DNA of 64,000 nt from Octopus vulgaris (GCA_951406725.2 OX597819.1:123132001-123196000); one strand, 5' to 3'. Shown: positions 40,640 through 57,907, counted from the stretch's first letter. The notes: generated by a model not told the origin, from the letters alone. Program-made: numbers and translations.

Positions 40640-41310
40640 ACATTTCTACTATAGGCACAAGGCCTGAAATTTTGGATGAGAGGACTAGTCGATTATACCG
40701 ACCCCCAGTGTTTCACTGGTACTTATTTTACCGACCCCGAAAGGATCCAAGGTAAAGGTTTACTTGAAGTATTGCAGCAAAGGATGAAATTTCAAATAAA
40801 ATATTTAGATTTAGAAAATACTAGCTTTTATTAAAACTAAAAATTTTGTTATAAGTTACTGTTACAAGATAGCTTAATAAAAATATATTTTGCACTTTGA
40901 GATAATTGATTTTTTTTCTTATTGCCCACAGTGGGCTAAAGAAAAAGGGAAGAAACAAGGACAGACAAAGGGATTAAGTCTATTACATCGACCCCAGGAT
41001 GTAACTGGTACTTAGTTAATCGACCCCGAAAATATGAAATTCAAAGTCGACCTCGGCGGAATTTGAACTCAGAACGTAGCGACAGGCGAAATACCCATTT
41101 CTTTACTAACCACAAGGGGCTAAACAGAAAGGACAAACTAGGACAGACAAACAGTTTAAGTCGATTATATCGACCCCAGTGTTCAACTGGTACTTAATTT
41201 ATCGACACCGAAAGGATGAAAGGCAAAGACGACGTGGGCGGAATTTGAGCTCAGAACGTAGCGACAGGCGAAATAACGCTGTTTCGTCCAGCGTGCTAAC
41301 GATTCTGTCA
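40640..41310 (-). mobile_element. SINE family A array containing a duplicated 317 bp segment from 32092-32407
   Basis: 40759-41075 is nearly identical to 32092-32407. Confidence 0.85.
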
Positions 41311-41449
41311 CTCAGACATTAATTTTGCTCGTAGATATTTATTTATACTTTGTAAAGTAGTGCTAAATATTTGTGCTAATATTACCCAAATATCCTCATT
41401 GCATGAACCGCTCAAGTTAGTAGCTCCACCAGTTAATACAATAATTGTT

Positions 41450-41715
41450 TGTTGCTTCTCGAGCGACGCCTGGCTCATAGGAGCGGTTTCCCGGTTTCCT
41501 TGGCGTATAGGTCAATCGCAGGTGAGCTGCAAGAGGGAAGAGTGAGAGAACGTTACGGCGAAAAGAGTCTGCAGAAATTCGCCATTACCTTTTACCGGAG
41601 CCGAGTGGAGCTTAAGTATTTCGCTCATAAACACACACATCGCCTGGTCTGAAATTCGAACCCGCGATCCTTCAATCCTGAGTCCACTGCTCTAACCACT
41701 AGGCTATGTGCCTCC
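41450..41715 (-). mobile_element. tRNA-derived SINE related to the family C head, different body
   Basis: Reverse complement GGAGGCACATAGCCTAGTGGTTAGAGCAGTGGACTCAGGA...GGGTTCGAATTTC. Confidence 0.65.
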
Positions 41716-41981
41716 CCAAATACAATACAATAAGAATAACTAGTAGCAGTTAACAAAAAGCAAAACACCTTCAATTTTTCTTTAGAAGCAAATTATTTTT
41801 TAGATGTTTTTAAAAACTGCATTTAAAAGAGGACAACCAGCTTATTTGCTATTTCTCTGAAAATAATAAAAACAAACGCAAAGGAAAAGTCTTCCCGCTC
41901 TTTAATTTTTTCTTATCATAGATATTATTTCATTTATTTTAATTTTTTATTTTATCTATTTATTTTATTTCTATTTATAAT

Positions 41982-42190
41982 CTTTTCTACTCTAGGCACA
42001 ATGCCTGAAATTTTTTGGGAGGAGGCCCAATCGATTAGATCGACCCCCAGCACGCAACTGGTACTTAATTTATCGACCTGGAAAGGCTGAAAGGCAAAGT
42101 CGACCTTGGTAGAATTTGAGCTCAGAACGTAAAGACAGACGAAATAGCGCTAAGCATTTCGCCCGGCGTGCTAACGTTTCTGGAAGCTCA
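41982..42190 (-). mobile_element. SINE family A (short-tail form)
   Basis: Family A core plus tail ...GGCATTGTGCCTAGAGTAGAAAAGA. Confidence 0.82.
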
Positions 42191-42562
42191 TAATGTCACG
42201 AAGAAGTTTACATCGGGTAAAAGGGCTTTCTACTTTCTCCCATCTTTTGAAAGAGATGAAATTATTGTTCAATATGAAAGCAGGGAATAAGGTTTCGAAT
42301 TTAGTTAAGTTTAGTATTTGGTATAGAATTATAAAATGACTTTTATTTTATTTTCTAAAATTTGTTAATTTCATGTATACCATGATAGTTCAAATTCTGG
42401 TAAAGCTAAGTCTACTCTAATTTGTTTTATCATCTAGAGCTTCACGTTTCGATCTCTTTAACTCATCGGCCCAAATACAAATAGAGAAAGGGAAGACTGA
42501 AAATGGATCTGAATGTCACTAAAAACACACGTATCTATGTTCAAATAGTATCAATACAGTAG

Positions 42563-42935
42563 AGGAGGCACAATGACCCAGTGGTTAGGGTAGCGGTCAT
42601 AGGATCGTGGTTTCGATTCCCAGACCGGGCATCGTGAATGTTTATTGAGCGAAAACACCTAAAGCTCCACGAAGCTCCGACAGGGAGTGCTGGCAAATCC
42701 TGCTGTACTCTTTCAACACAACATTATCTCACTCTTTCTTCCTGTTTCTGTTGTACCTGTACTTCAAAGAGCTAGCCTTGTTACAATCTGTGTCACGCTG
42801 AATATCCCCGAGAACTACGTTAAGGGTACACGTGTCTGTGGAATGTTCAGCCACTTGCACATTAATTTCACAAGCAGGCTGTTCCATTCATTTGGATCAA
42901 CTAGAACCCTCGTCGTCGTAACCGACGGAGTGCCG
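42563..42935 (+). mobile_element. SINE family C
   Basis: GGAGGCACAATGACCCAGTGGTTAGGG...CCGACGGAGTGCC plus A-tail. Confidence 0.85.
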
Positions 42936-43584
42936 TTACAAAAAAAAAAATACAGTAGAACATCGAATCCAAAGTTTAACAGATGAATTAACAAACACAT
43001 AATATTTATGTATAAAACAGTGACATAAAGATGGCTTCAGAAAGGAATATAGTAAACAAACAAAAGAAGAAAGAAAGAAAGAAAGAAGCTGGAGCGACAA
43101 GAAGTGCTAGAGAATTTGGACACTATATAATTAACTGTACAATTAAAAATATCTAAAAAAAGGAAATGTAACATCTGTTGCTTTCTTAAATGTCTAAAAT
43201 GAATGTTACATAGTGATAATATTATATTTACAAAAACCATTCAGGAATAAATACCATACACGAAAATATTTCTATGAACGTGATAAATATTCTATTTTGT
43301 TTGGTAAATATTAGCATAATAATGGTTTTCGTGTGAGAATATATTCATTAAAAATATTCCCCCAGAAAGGAAATTATATGTTTACTGTGACCAATGTTCA
43401 ATTCATTTCTGGACTGGAGACTGTATTCACAACTAGATGATTTCCGAGGAAAGATTTGATTATATAACAGAACGGGCAAAGGGACTACACTGCTATATCG
43501 CGAACATGGAATAAAATATGTTATTAGTATCGTCTTGTGATATTATGATTGCAAAAAATGTGTTTCTAGATAGGAATTGTATAT

Positions 43585-44151
43585 TCTTTTCTAATATAGG
43601 CACAAGTCCCGAAATTTTCGGGATTAAATCGACCCCAGTACGCAACTGGTACTTAATTTATCGACACCAGAATGATGAAAAGCAAAGTCAACCCCTGCAT
43701 AATTTGAACTCAGAACGTAACGCAGACGAAATACGTATTTCTTTACTACCCACAAGGGGCTAAACACAGAGAGGACAAACAAGGACAGACAAACGGATTA
43801 AGTCGATTATATCGACCCCAGAGCGTAACTGGTACTTATTTAATCGACCCCGAAAGGATGAAAGGCAAAGTCAACCTCAGCGGAATTTGAACTCAGAATG
43901 TAAAGACAGACGAAATACCTATTTCTTTACTACCCACAAGGGGCTAAACACAGAGGGGACAAACAAGGACAGACATAGGTATTAAGTCGATTACATCGAC
44001 CCCAATGCGTAACTGGTACTTAATTTATCGACCCCGAAAGGATGAAAGACAAAATCGACCTCTGCGGAATTTGAACTCTCAACGTAACGCAGACGAAATA
44101 CCGCTAAGCATTTCGCCCGGCGTGCTAACGTTTCTGCCAGCTCGCCGCCTT
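43585..44151 (-). mobile_element. SINE family A trimer (two long-tail units plus one short-tail unit)
   Basis: Units joined at ...AAAGAAATA(G/C)GTATTTCGTCTG. Confidence 0.87.
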
Positions 44152-44488
44152 TCCACAGACAAAATACCGTTGAGCGTTTCGCCAAACTCGGAGAAATGGC
44201 ACATTGTTAAAACACTGCCACTGTTCAAATTCGTTTCGGAAGTAAGATGAGTGCACGACACCAATGAGTTGCATAAACTGCCCATATCGAGATCTGTTCT
44301 TCTCTTTCATTTCCGGGGTGACATCATTTTGCCTATTTTTGAAGTAAAATTGTGTTTTCTTTTTAATACCACACGTATTTAAAGTGAGTCTCCTGCTGCT
44401 ACAAGCTTTTAGCAACAGATATGTTAAATATCTGTTATTGATAATATTTACATTATTGATCACCTTCTAATACAAGATTGGAATGTAC

Positions 44489-44519
<31 letters not shown>

Positions 44520-44527
<8 letters not shown>

Positions 44528-44766
44528 TCAATATAGGGTGGCAAAAAAATTTTGTAGAATTCTTTTGCCACCAGCGGCCTAGTAGGAAAAAATTAAATAG
44601 TCATAAACCATTTTTACGTTCAACATCACAATCAAGGAACGGCCATAATAGTTTATTCACCCACTAGAAATAACAGCCAAAAGCTTTAACCGCAAGTTAA
44701 AGCTTTTGGCTGTTATTTCTAGTGGGTGAATGGCCTATTATGGCCGTTATATATGATTGTGATGAT
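44520..44766. repeat. (TA)n-embedded relic ending in a ~140 bp hairpin (44624-44764)
   Basis: Inner 36-bp perfect stem 44655-44690/44696-44731 with loop CGCAA. The left end resembles 25787-25860. Confidence 0.75.
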
Positions 44767-44789
44767 ATATATATATATATATATATATC

Positions 44790-46360
44790 ACTTCATGGAG
44801 GCTTTCTAGCAACTGCTATTTGGTGCATGAGAGAGTTCGATGCAGCTGCCCTCATCTGCCCCTCCTGCCGTGAAGTTGGTTCATCTGGGACACCTGACAG
44901 GAAGAGATCCAGCTTCATTTTAAAGACATCTGTATCCACCCCATGCAGGTCTCTCAGGTTCTTCGGGAGGATATTGAAGAGCTGTGGGCCTCGGAAGCCC
45001 AGGCTATCACAGAATCTTGTCCTACATCTTGATGGCAGGTTTGGAGTCCTAGGCACCACGCAGTGGCGCCCAGTTCTGGCATTTGCGTAACTCTCGATGC
45101 CAAAGTTCAGGACACTTCCCTCCAGGATCTTCCAGATGTATATTATGGCATATCTTTCCCGCCTACGCTCCAGGGAATATAATTTTAATCTCTTGAGTCT
45201 TTCCCAGTAGCTTACATTCTGCATAGAGGCTATCTTCTTTGTGTAGCTTCGTTGGATCGCCTCAAGTTCTGTGATCAACTTGACACTGGATGGTGACCAT
45301 AGCTGAGAGCAATAGTCAAAGTGGCTTAGGACAAGTGTCTTCCAGAGGACCATCATGGTTTCTTGTTCTCTTGTTCTAAAGGTTCTAAGAATCCATCCAG
45401 CCAGCCGTCTACATTTCATTGTCAGTTTAGCAACATGTACATGAAAGGTCGCGTCATCACTCATGTGAATACCCAGGTCACGCACTGATTGTGCCTCTGG
45501 GATTGCAATCCCTCCGGGTCCAGTGTATTCATTGGGTATTGCATTCAGTTTTGCATGCTGATAGTATAAAGCTTGAAACTTTCCAGCATTGAACTGCATG
45601 CTATTCTTTTCAGCCCACTTGTATATTTCGTCCAGCTCACATTGCAGGTGTTTAGTGTCCTCAGGGTTCTGTATTGCCTGTGAAACTTTTGTATCGTCTG
45701 CATAACTTGTGATCGTGGCTCTCTGCGTGGCTGAGGGCATGTCTGAGAGGGCCATTATGAACAGTAGTGGTCCCAGAACAGTGCCCTGCGGAACACCGCT
45801 CACTATTTGTGTGTTAATGGAGGTGGCCCCATTGGCTACTACCACCTGACTTCTATCCTTCAGAAAGTCATGAAGCCATTCTCCCAGTTTTCCAACTATG
45901 TTGAGATCACGCAGTTTGTGACATATCATTCCATGATCGACTTTATCAAAGGCCTTTGCAAAGTCGAGATATATCACTTCCACATTTGAGTGGTTGAGCA
46001 GCCGTTTCAGCACCCAGTCATAGTGTTGTAGGAGCTGAGTTAAACAGCTTCTCCCTGGTCGGAAACCATGTTGGGTGTCGGGCAGCAAGTCATTCTCTTC
46101 AAGGAAGGTGATCAGCTTCCTTCTGACTATTCGTTCCATGACCTTGCTGATGTGTGAGGTCAGAGAGATAGGTCTATAGTTCTTGGCTTCCGCTCTGCTA
46201 CCTCCTTTATGAATGGGGCATATTTTACTTTCCTTCAGTTTTCCTGGAAGTTTGCCAGCTGCAAGGAAGCTCTGAAAGAGGAACTGCAGTGGTCTTGCTA
46301 GGACTCTTATTACATGCTTTTAGGAGGATTGCCGGGAATCCATCGGGGCCAGTAGCTGAG
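44790..46360 (-). mobile_element. CR1/L2-type LINE RT cassette 1 (ORF 44793-46139), truncated at both ends
   Basis: [56 protein letters not shown]. The 5' end is at SATGPDGFP, with an apparent frameshift near 46310. It ends 3 bp after the stop codon. Confidence 0.92.
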
Positions 46361-46416
46361 CATATATATATATATATATATGTTTATGTATATATATATA
46401 TATATATATATATGTT

Positions 46417-46447
<31 letters not shown>

Positions 46448-46647
46448 GTTTATGTATATATATATATATATATGTTTATGTATATATATATATATATATA
46501 TATATTTATGTATATATATATATATATATGTTTATATATATATATATATATATATATGTTTATGTATATATATATATATATATGTTTATGTATATTTATT
46601 TATGTATATATATATATATTTATGTATATATATATATTTATGTATAT

Positions 46648-48497
46648 ACTCTTTTACTCTTTTACTCTTTTACTTGTTTCAGCCATCCGGCTGAGGCCAT
46701 GCTGGGGCACCGCCCTTGTTGCTACCCTCTCTAAGTCCAGTTTGCCGTGGCTGGCCACTGATCTAAGAGAGAGTTTGTAGCTGCTGCCCTTAGGTTACCT
46801 TCGTACCTTGCAGTGGGTTCATCTGGGATCCCGGAAAGCAGCTTGTCTAGATGTTTTTTGAAAATGTCCACATCCGCATCATGTAGATCTCTTAGTTTTC
46901 TTGGCAGTTTGTTGAAAAGCTGAGGGCCCCTGAACCCCAGGCTATTACAGTATCTGCTCCTTACCCTGGATGTGGAAGACGGGACCTTTGGCACCACACA
47001 GTGACGTCCTGTACGGGGATTGGAACAGCTCTCAATTCCAAAATTTGGTGCTAGTCCCTCCAGGATTTTCCATATGTATATCACTGCATATCTCTCTCGT
47101 CTTCGTTCCAAGGAGTACAAATTGAGTTCCCTAAGCCTCTCCCAATAGTTCTTTTCTTTCATGGTGGAAATCCTCTTGGTGAAATGTCTTTGGATTGTCT
47201 CAAGCTCTGTGGTTAGTTTGACACTATGCGGTGACCACAGTTGGGAGCAGTAGTCCAGGCGGCTTAGGACAAATGTCCTCCATAGTGTCAACATGGTCTC
47301 GCAGTCTCTTGTCCGGAATGTCCTCAGGATCCAGCCAGTGAGTCGTCTGCACATTGTCGCCACCTTCGCGATGTGTGAAGAAAAAGATGCATCGTCACTC
47401 ATGTCTATCCCCAGGTCCCGTATTGATTTCGATACTGGGATTTCGATCCCTCCTGGACCAGTATAGTTGTGTTGTAATGTATATGTGTTTACAGCTTGAT
47501 ATTGTAAGGCTTGAAATTTACCAGCATTAAATTGCATGTTGTTGTCTTCAGCCCATTTGTATATGGCATCCAGATCTTGTTGTAAAAGGTCAGCATAAGC
47601 TTGGTTTTTGATTGCCTGTGCTACCTTTGTGTCATCAGCATAGCTAGTGAGGGATGTTGTTTGTGCTACCAAGGGCATGTCAGAGAGCGCCACCAAAAAC
47701 AGCAAGGGTCCCAAGACTGTGCCCTGTGGCACCCCGCTTGCTATTGGTGTCTTTCCCGAGAGGGCTCCATTGGCTGCAACCATCTGGCTTCTGTCCTTCA
47801 GGAAGTCATGTATCCACTCACCTACTTTTCCTGTTATGCCGAGTCTGAGTAATTTGTGACATATCACTCCGTGGTCGACTTTGTCAAAGGCCTTCGCAAA
47901 GTCGAGATATACCACATCCACCTGTGAGCGATCCAGTAGTTGTTTCAGTACCCAGTCGTAGTGTTGTAACAGCTGCGTAAGGCAGCTTCTTCCTGGGCGA
48001 AAGCCATGCTGTGTGTCAGTGAGACGGTTAGTTTCTTCGAGGAACGTGATCAGTTTTTTTCTGATGATTCGTTCCATGACCTTACTTATGTGTGACGTCA
48101 GGGAGACTGGCCTGTAGTTTTTGGCCTCTGCTCTACTCCCTCCTTTGTGGATAGGGCATATGGTGCCTTCTTTTAGCGCCCTGGGCAGTTTACCGTTCGC
48201 CAAGGAACCACTGAAGAGCTTCTTCAGTGGTCCCGCTAGGGCATGCCTGCATGTTTTTAGGAGGACTGCTGGGAATCCATCTGGTCCAGCAGCTGAGTTT
48301 ATTCTCATTTCTTCTATGGCAGATATTACATCCCTCTCTGTTATGTCTATGTGGTCGATGGTTGTTGTTTGGTTTTGGAGTGTTGTGGCATCAAAGAAAA
48401 CTTCTGGGTTTGTGATTTGCATGTGCCCCAGAGGGGATGTGAACACACTTTTATACTGTTCCTTTAGTATTTCACTTATCCCTTGGGGGTCCTCAGT
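46648..48497 (-). mobile_element. CR1/L2-type LINE RT cassette 2 (open ORF 46731-48446) with intact 3'UTR and (GTAAAAGA)n tail
   Basis: Complete RT motifs including YADD, no stops. 3'UTR GGCGGTGCCCCAGCATGGCCTCAGCCGGATGGCTGAAACAAGTAAAAGAGTAAAAGA. Confidence 0.93.
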
Positions 48498-52089
<3,592 letters not shown>

Positions 52090-53777
52090 ATGTCTTAGCA
52101 GCAATAAAGCACCTGATGTCTTAGCAGCAATAAAGGAAATGAAGCATAATTCAGCAGTAGGTCCCGATAGGTTCCCTGCTTGTGTCTTGAAGATGTGTCA
52201 AAACCAACTTGCACCCCCTCTAGCCAATCTGTGGCGGAACTCATTGGATGCTGGATATATACCAGAAGACCTTCTATCCCAGTCTGTTGTCCCAGTTTTC
52301 AAAAAAGGAAACAAATCACTTGCCGTGAATTACCGTCCAATCTCACTCACCTCTCATATCATCAAGGTATTTGAGAGGGTGCTGAGATCGCGTATGACTC
52401 ACTTCCTTGAGAGTCATAATATGCTGAACCCCAACCAGCATGGATTCCGTAATGGGAGAGATTGCCTGACGCAGCTACTGCATCATTTTGATGACATTTT
52501 GAGAGCCTTGGGAGAGGGTTCCAACACTGATGTCATCTACCTTGATTTCAGCAAGGCCTTTGACAGGGTTGATCATAAGATCCTTCTGAGAAAGCTGTCC
52601 AATATTGGTGTCACTGGAAAGCTGCTGCAATGGATCAAGTGCTTCCTCTCTAACAGAACCCAACATGTTGTAGTCGAAGGAGTCAAATCCAGCCCAGCCA
52701 AAGTCAGCAGTGGTGTCCCACAAGGCACTGTGTTGGGCCCACTTCTCTTCATCATCTACATAAATGATATTACTGACACCATCAAACACAGCAACATCAG
52801 AACCTTCGCTGATGATTCCAAGCTCCAGAAGGTCATCAATGGCGTGGATGACCGAATAAACCTTCAGTCAGACCTACTAGCTGTTGTCCAATGGGCGGAA
52901 AAGAATAACATGTTGCTAAATGAAGACAAATTCGAACTGATCCACTTTGGAAGGGAGGACGCTCTGAAACTCCCATACTCTCTTCCTTCTGGAGAAATTC
53001 TCATGGCATCCAACAACATCAGAGACCTGGGAGTAACAGTGGACAACAACATAAGCTGGGCTACACATATAAGCAGCAAAGTTGACATGGCCCGCAGAAT
53101 GTGTTCCTGGATTCTCAGAACCTTCCAGTCGAGAGATTCCCACGCTATTATCCTTCTCTTCTCCACTTTTGCCCGACCCCACCTTGAATACTGCTGTCCA
53201 CTGTGGTCTCCCTACACAAAACAAAATATTATGAGAATTGAAGCTCCCCAAAGGTCAATCACAAAAAAGATAGATGGCATGTCAGACCTTGACTACTGGG
53301 GTAGACTAGAGAAGCTGAAATTGTATTCACTCCAACGACGCCGTGAACGCTACATTATCTGTATGATGTGGAAAATATTCCATCAGCACTGTCCGAATGA
53401 TGTTGGCATCACCTTCAAAATGCATCCAAGGCTTGGACCACGTGCCATCCGTCCACAACAAAAATCTAAATCGCATCACATAACGACAATACGGCACAAC
53501 TATTTCACCTCAATTGGACCCGCTCTCTTCAACATTACACCAGGACACGTCAAAAAAGAAACTGACCACACAAAATTCAAGAAGTCTTTGGACAAATTCC
53601 TTCAAACAGTACCGGACAAACCATCCACACCCGGATATGTCTCCGCAAACAATAACTCTCTGCTCGAATGGGCCTTGGTGCCCAAATCCTGAACTGAAAG
53701 ACTTCGCCAGGTGGTGCTATTAAGTTAGACATGGCCTGGGCCAATACTGGCCAAAAACCTTTCTAAGTTATTCTAAG

Positions 53778-53778
<1 letters not shown>
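52090..53778 (+). mobile_element. CR1/L2-type LINE RT cassette 3 (open to stop at 53692) with short 3'UTR
   Basis: [55 protein letters not shown]. Tail (TTCTAAG)x2. 20-bp duplication at the 5' junction. Confidence 0.93.
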
Positions 53779-53808
<30 letters not shown>

Positions 53809-53939
53809 TTATGTATATATATATATATATATTTATGTATATATATATATATATATTTATTTATGTATATATATATATATATATTTATGTATATATATAT
53901 ATATATATATATTTATGTATATATATATATATATTTATG

Positions 53940-54069
<130 letters not shown>

Positions 54070-54418
54070 TATTTATGTATGTATATATATATATATATTT
54101 ATGTATATATATATTTATGTATATATATTTATGTATATATATATATATTTATATATATATATATATTTATGTATATATATATATATATATATTTATGTAT
54201 ATATATTTATGTATATATATATATATTTATGTATATATATATATATTTATATATATATATATATTTATGTATATATATATATATTTATATATATATATAT
54301 ATATGTGTGTTTATGTATATATATATATATATATATATATTTATGTATATATATATATATATGTGTTTATGTATATATATATATATATATATATGTTTAT
54401 GTATATATATATATATGT

Positions 54419-54454
<36 letters not shown>

Positions 54455-54760
54455 GCCATCTTGGCGAAGCAATTATTCTGTGCCGAGGAAAATAAATTAT
54501 TCAGAAACCGCGGTCCACAGATATATTGGTTTGTAGTGAGAAGTGGTACTAAAATCTACTGTTCGAAAATATAAGGACACAGATGTGTGTCATATAGCCA
54601 GCTGAAGAAGATGTTTCCTGGGTACAAAACAACAGTAACTTTCATCCCAACCGGGACTGCTACGCTATGTTGGCAAATAATCTTTACTTTAAAGTACTGT
54701 TACTTTAAGTCTCTCGTTAAGAGATTTCGAAATAATAAAGTTTCTCTCTCTCTCTCCTCT

Positions 54761-55062
<302 letters not shown>

Positions 55063-55079
55063 ATATAAATAATAAATAA

Positions 55080-55359
55080 ATACGTGCTTATATACATACC
55101 TATATGTACATCCCTACATATATATGTATATATACATGCATATATGGGTACAGGACATCAAAAAAAAAAACGATGAACACAATGAGAAACGAAAGCATAA
55201 CAACAAAAACATAGAAAGTGTCTTTTTTCAAACAACGAAAAAAACAGATTACAAGACATACAACACAAGGAATATTCCCCTTCTTCAGTTGTCCCCTTCT
55301 TCAGTTGTCCCTACTCCGCGTGATGAAGGTAAGGACAAGACATGACTTCGTTGAACCAG

Positions 55360-55362
<3 letters not shown>
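55080..55362 (-). repeat. (TA)n-embedded repeat with a partial inverted copy at 56028-56123
   Basis: AACGAAAGCATAACAACAAAAACATAGAAA...CAAGGAATATTCCCCTT is reverse-complemented at 56028-56123. Confidence 0.7.
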
Positions 55363-55430
<68 letters not shown>

Positions 55431-55472
55431 GAAAGAATGGAGTCGAACGAAGATTTTAACAAAATTCCTTTA

Positions 55473-55555
55473 CTCTCAACACATGTTTCGAAGACTGCAT
55501 ACTCTTAATTCCGAAGGAATAAAGGGTGCATTATGCCGTCTTCTCATCAGGAAAG
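55473..55555 (-). ncRNA. Minimal type-I hammerhead ribozyme (mirror copy)
   Basis: Reverse complement of 55699-55781. Confidence 0.78.
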
Positions 55556-55698
55556 ACAAGGAACCTCTATCAGCCTCAAAATTGACGTCATTGCTTATAA
55601 CGGATTATTTAAAAAAAACACTCATTATCAGTGTGGACACCATGTAGGCAGTCATCAAAAAGTTTTTGTTCGTCTTGAGGCTGATAGAGGTTCCTTGT

Positions 55699-55781
55699 CT
55701 TTCCTGATGAGAAGACGGCATAATGCACCCTTTATTCCTTCGGAATTAAGAGTATGCAGTCTTCGAAACATGTGTTGAGAG
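55699..55781 (+). ncRNA. Canonical-core minimal type-I hammerhead ribozyme (GUU site)
   Basis: ctttc-CTGATGA-gaagac...gtcttc-GAAAC-atgt-GTT-gagag. Confidence 0.8.
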
Positions 55782-55974
55782 TAAAGGAATTTTGTTAAAA
55801 TCTTCGTTCGACTACATCCTTTCATTTATTCATATAAAAAAACACACAAATTTCCACACAAGAACACGTGGTTTCTGCCCTTGGCATGTAGCTTCAACCG
55901 TGTTTTCTGACGTGAATTTGCTACCCAGGTATCGATTAACCGAATTATCCATACTAAGATAATTCATTCACCTA

Positions 55975-56028
<54 letters not shown>

Positions 56029-56145
56029 AGGGGAATATTCCTTGTGGTGTATGTCTTGTACTTTGTTTTTTTTCGTTGTTTGAAAAAAAGTCAGTTTCTA
56101 TGTTTTTGTTGTTATGCTTTCGTTATATATATATATATATATATA

Positions 56146-56570
56146 TAGGCACAGGATTGGCTGTGTGGTAAGGAGCTTGCTTACCAACCACATTATTCCG
56201 TGTTCAGTTCCACTGCGTGGAACCTTCGGCAAAAGTCTTCTGCTATAGCCTCGGGCCAACCAAAGACTTGTGAGTGGATTTGGTAGACGGAAACTAAAAG
56301 AAGCCTGTCATATATATATAAATATATATATATGTATTGTGCATGTGTGTGTTTGCGTGTCTGTTTGTCAGCCCTCCATCGATTGACAACTGATGTTGGT
56401 GCGTTTACATCGCCGTCACTTAGCGTTTCGGCAAAACAGTGACTAATATAAACAAGTACTAGACTTACAAAGAATATGTCCTGGAGACGATTTGCTCGAC
56501 TAGAAGCGATGCTCCAGCACAGCCGCAGTCAAATGACACAAACAATTAAAAGATTAAATGAGTAAAAGAA
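56146..56570 (+). mobile_element. SINE family B (diverged)
   Basis: Head GGCACAGGATTGGCTGTGTGGTAAG, tail GCCGCAGTCAAATGAC. Confidence 0.82.
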
Positions 56571-57286
56571 TACGTCTGCGCACAAGTTTATGCAATTTTT
56601 CCCCTTCTACCAAATATTTACATATCCCAAAGTTATTATATCCAAACCATTAATCATTCCCTCTAATCTATCATTCCCTCTAATCGTTTGCAACCTATCA
56701 TTACTCTTCTCTCCTTACTCTCTATTATTTCTGCTTTCTATTTACGTATTTTCAATACTGTTGCTGTTGCCAGAAAAATGTCCAGTAAACTAAGTATAAT
56801 TGCTAAATGCGCTTAACGTTATCCACATTAGATCGCATTAATTTGATTTAATTTAATTTTGCAATTAAAAGATTGCATGGCAAAACAACAACAATCTAAA
56901 CTATAAGCACGCGTCTGAGCTAAATAAAACTGAAGGACAGCATTTTAACTTAGCTTTTATTGATATTTTCTGCTGGTCGTTAACCAACTGTTGACGTAAG
57001 AGGGTATACTTTTCATAAATACATACATATGTATGTATACATATATACCTACTTACATATGTACGTACAGACATATATAGGTACATACATACATATATAT
57101 GCATAGATATATATGTATATATATATATATATAATGTTGGCAAATATTGTTGATGATGTCTCTCGTTGAGAGATTTCGAAATAATAAAGTTACTCTCTCT
57201 CTCTCACTCTGTATATATAATATATATATAAGCATATACATACATACATATATATGGGGGGTACATTTATATAATCACATACACGC

Positions 57287-57321
<35 letters not shown>

Positions 57322-57324
<3 letters not shown>

Positions 57325-57723
57325 ATTCTTTTACTTGTTTCAGTCATTTGACTGTGGCCATGCTGGAGCACCGCAGGACTTATTCTTTTATAGCCTAGTA
57401 CTTATTTTGTCGGTTCTCTTTCACCGAACCGCCAAGTTACGGGGACGTAAATACACCAGCATCGGTTGTCAAATGATGGCGGGGAACAAACACAGAAATA
57501 CACACACGCACTCACACGCATATATATATATATATGCATATATATATATATATATATGCTAATATATATATATGCAAATATATATATATATATGCATATG
57601 TATATATATATATATATGCTAATATATATATATGCAAATATATATATATGCAAATATATATATATGCATATATATATATGCATATATATATATATATGCA
57701 TATATATATATATTTACATATGC

Positions 57724-57757
<34 letters not shown>

Positions 57758-57866
57758 GCATATATATATATACACATACATATATATATATATGCATATA
57801 TATATACACACATGCATATATATATATATATATATATATACATATGCATATATATATATACACATA

Positions 57867-57907
<41 letters not shown>

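Larger units (their letters stand above)
55425..55978. mobile_element. Palindromic non-coding Penelope-like mini-element in (TA)n
   Basis: Arms 55426-55579 and 55675-55828 are near-perfect inverted repeats. The right arm has a tail of about 150 bp, and each arm has a hammerhead. Confidence 0.82.
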
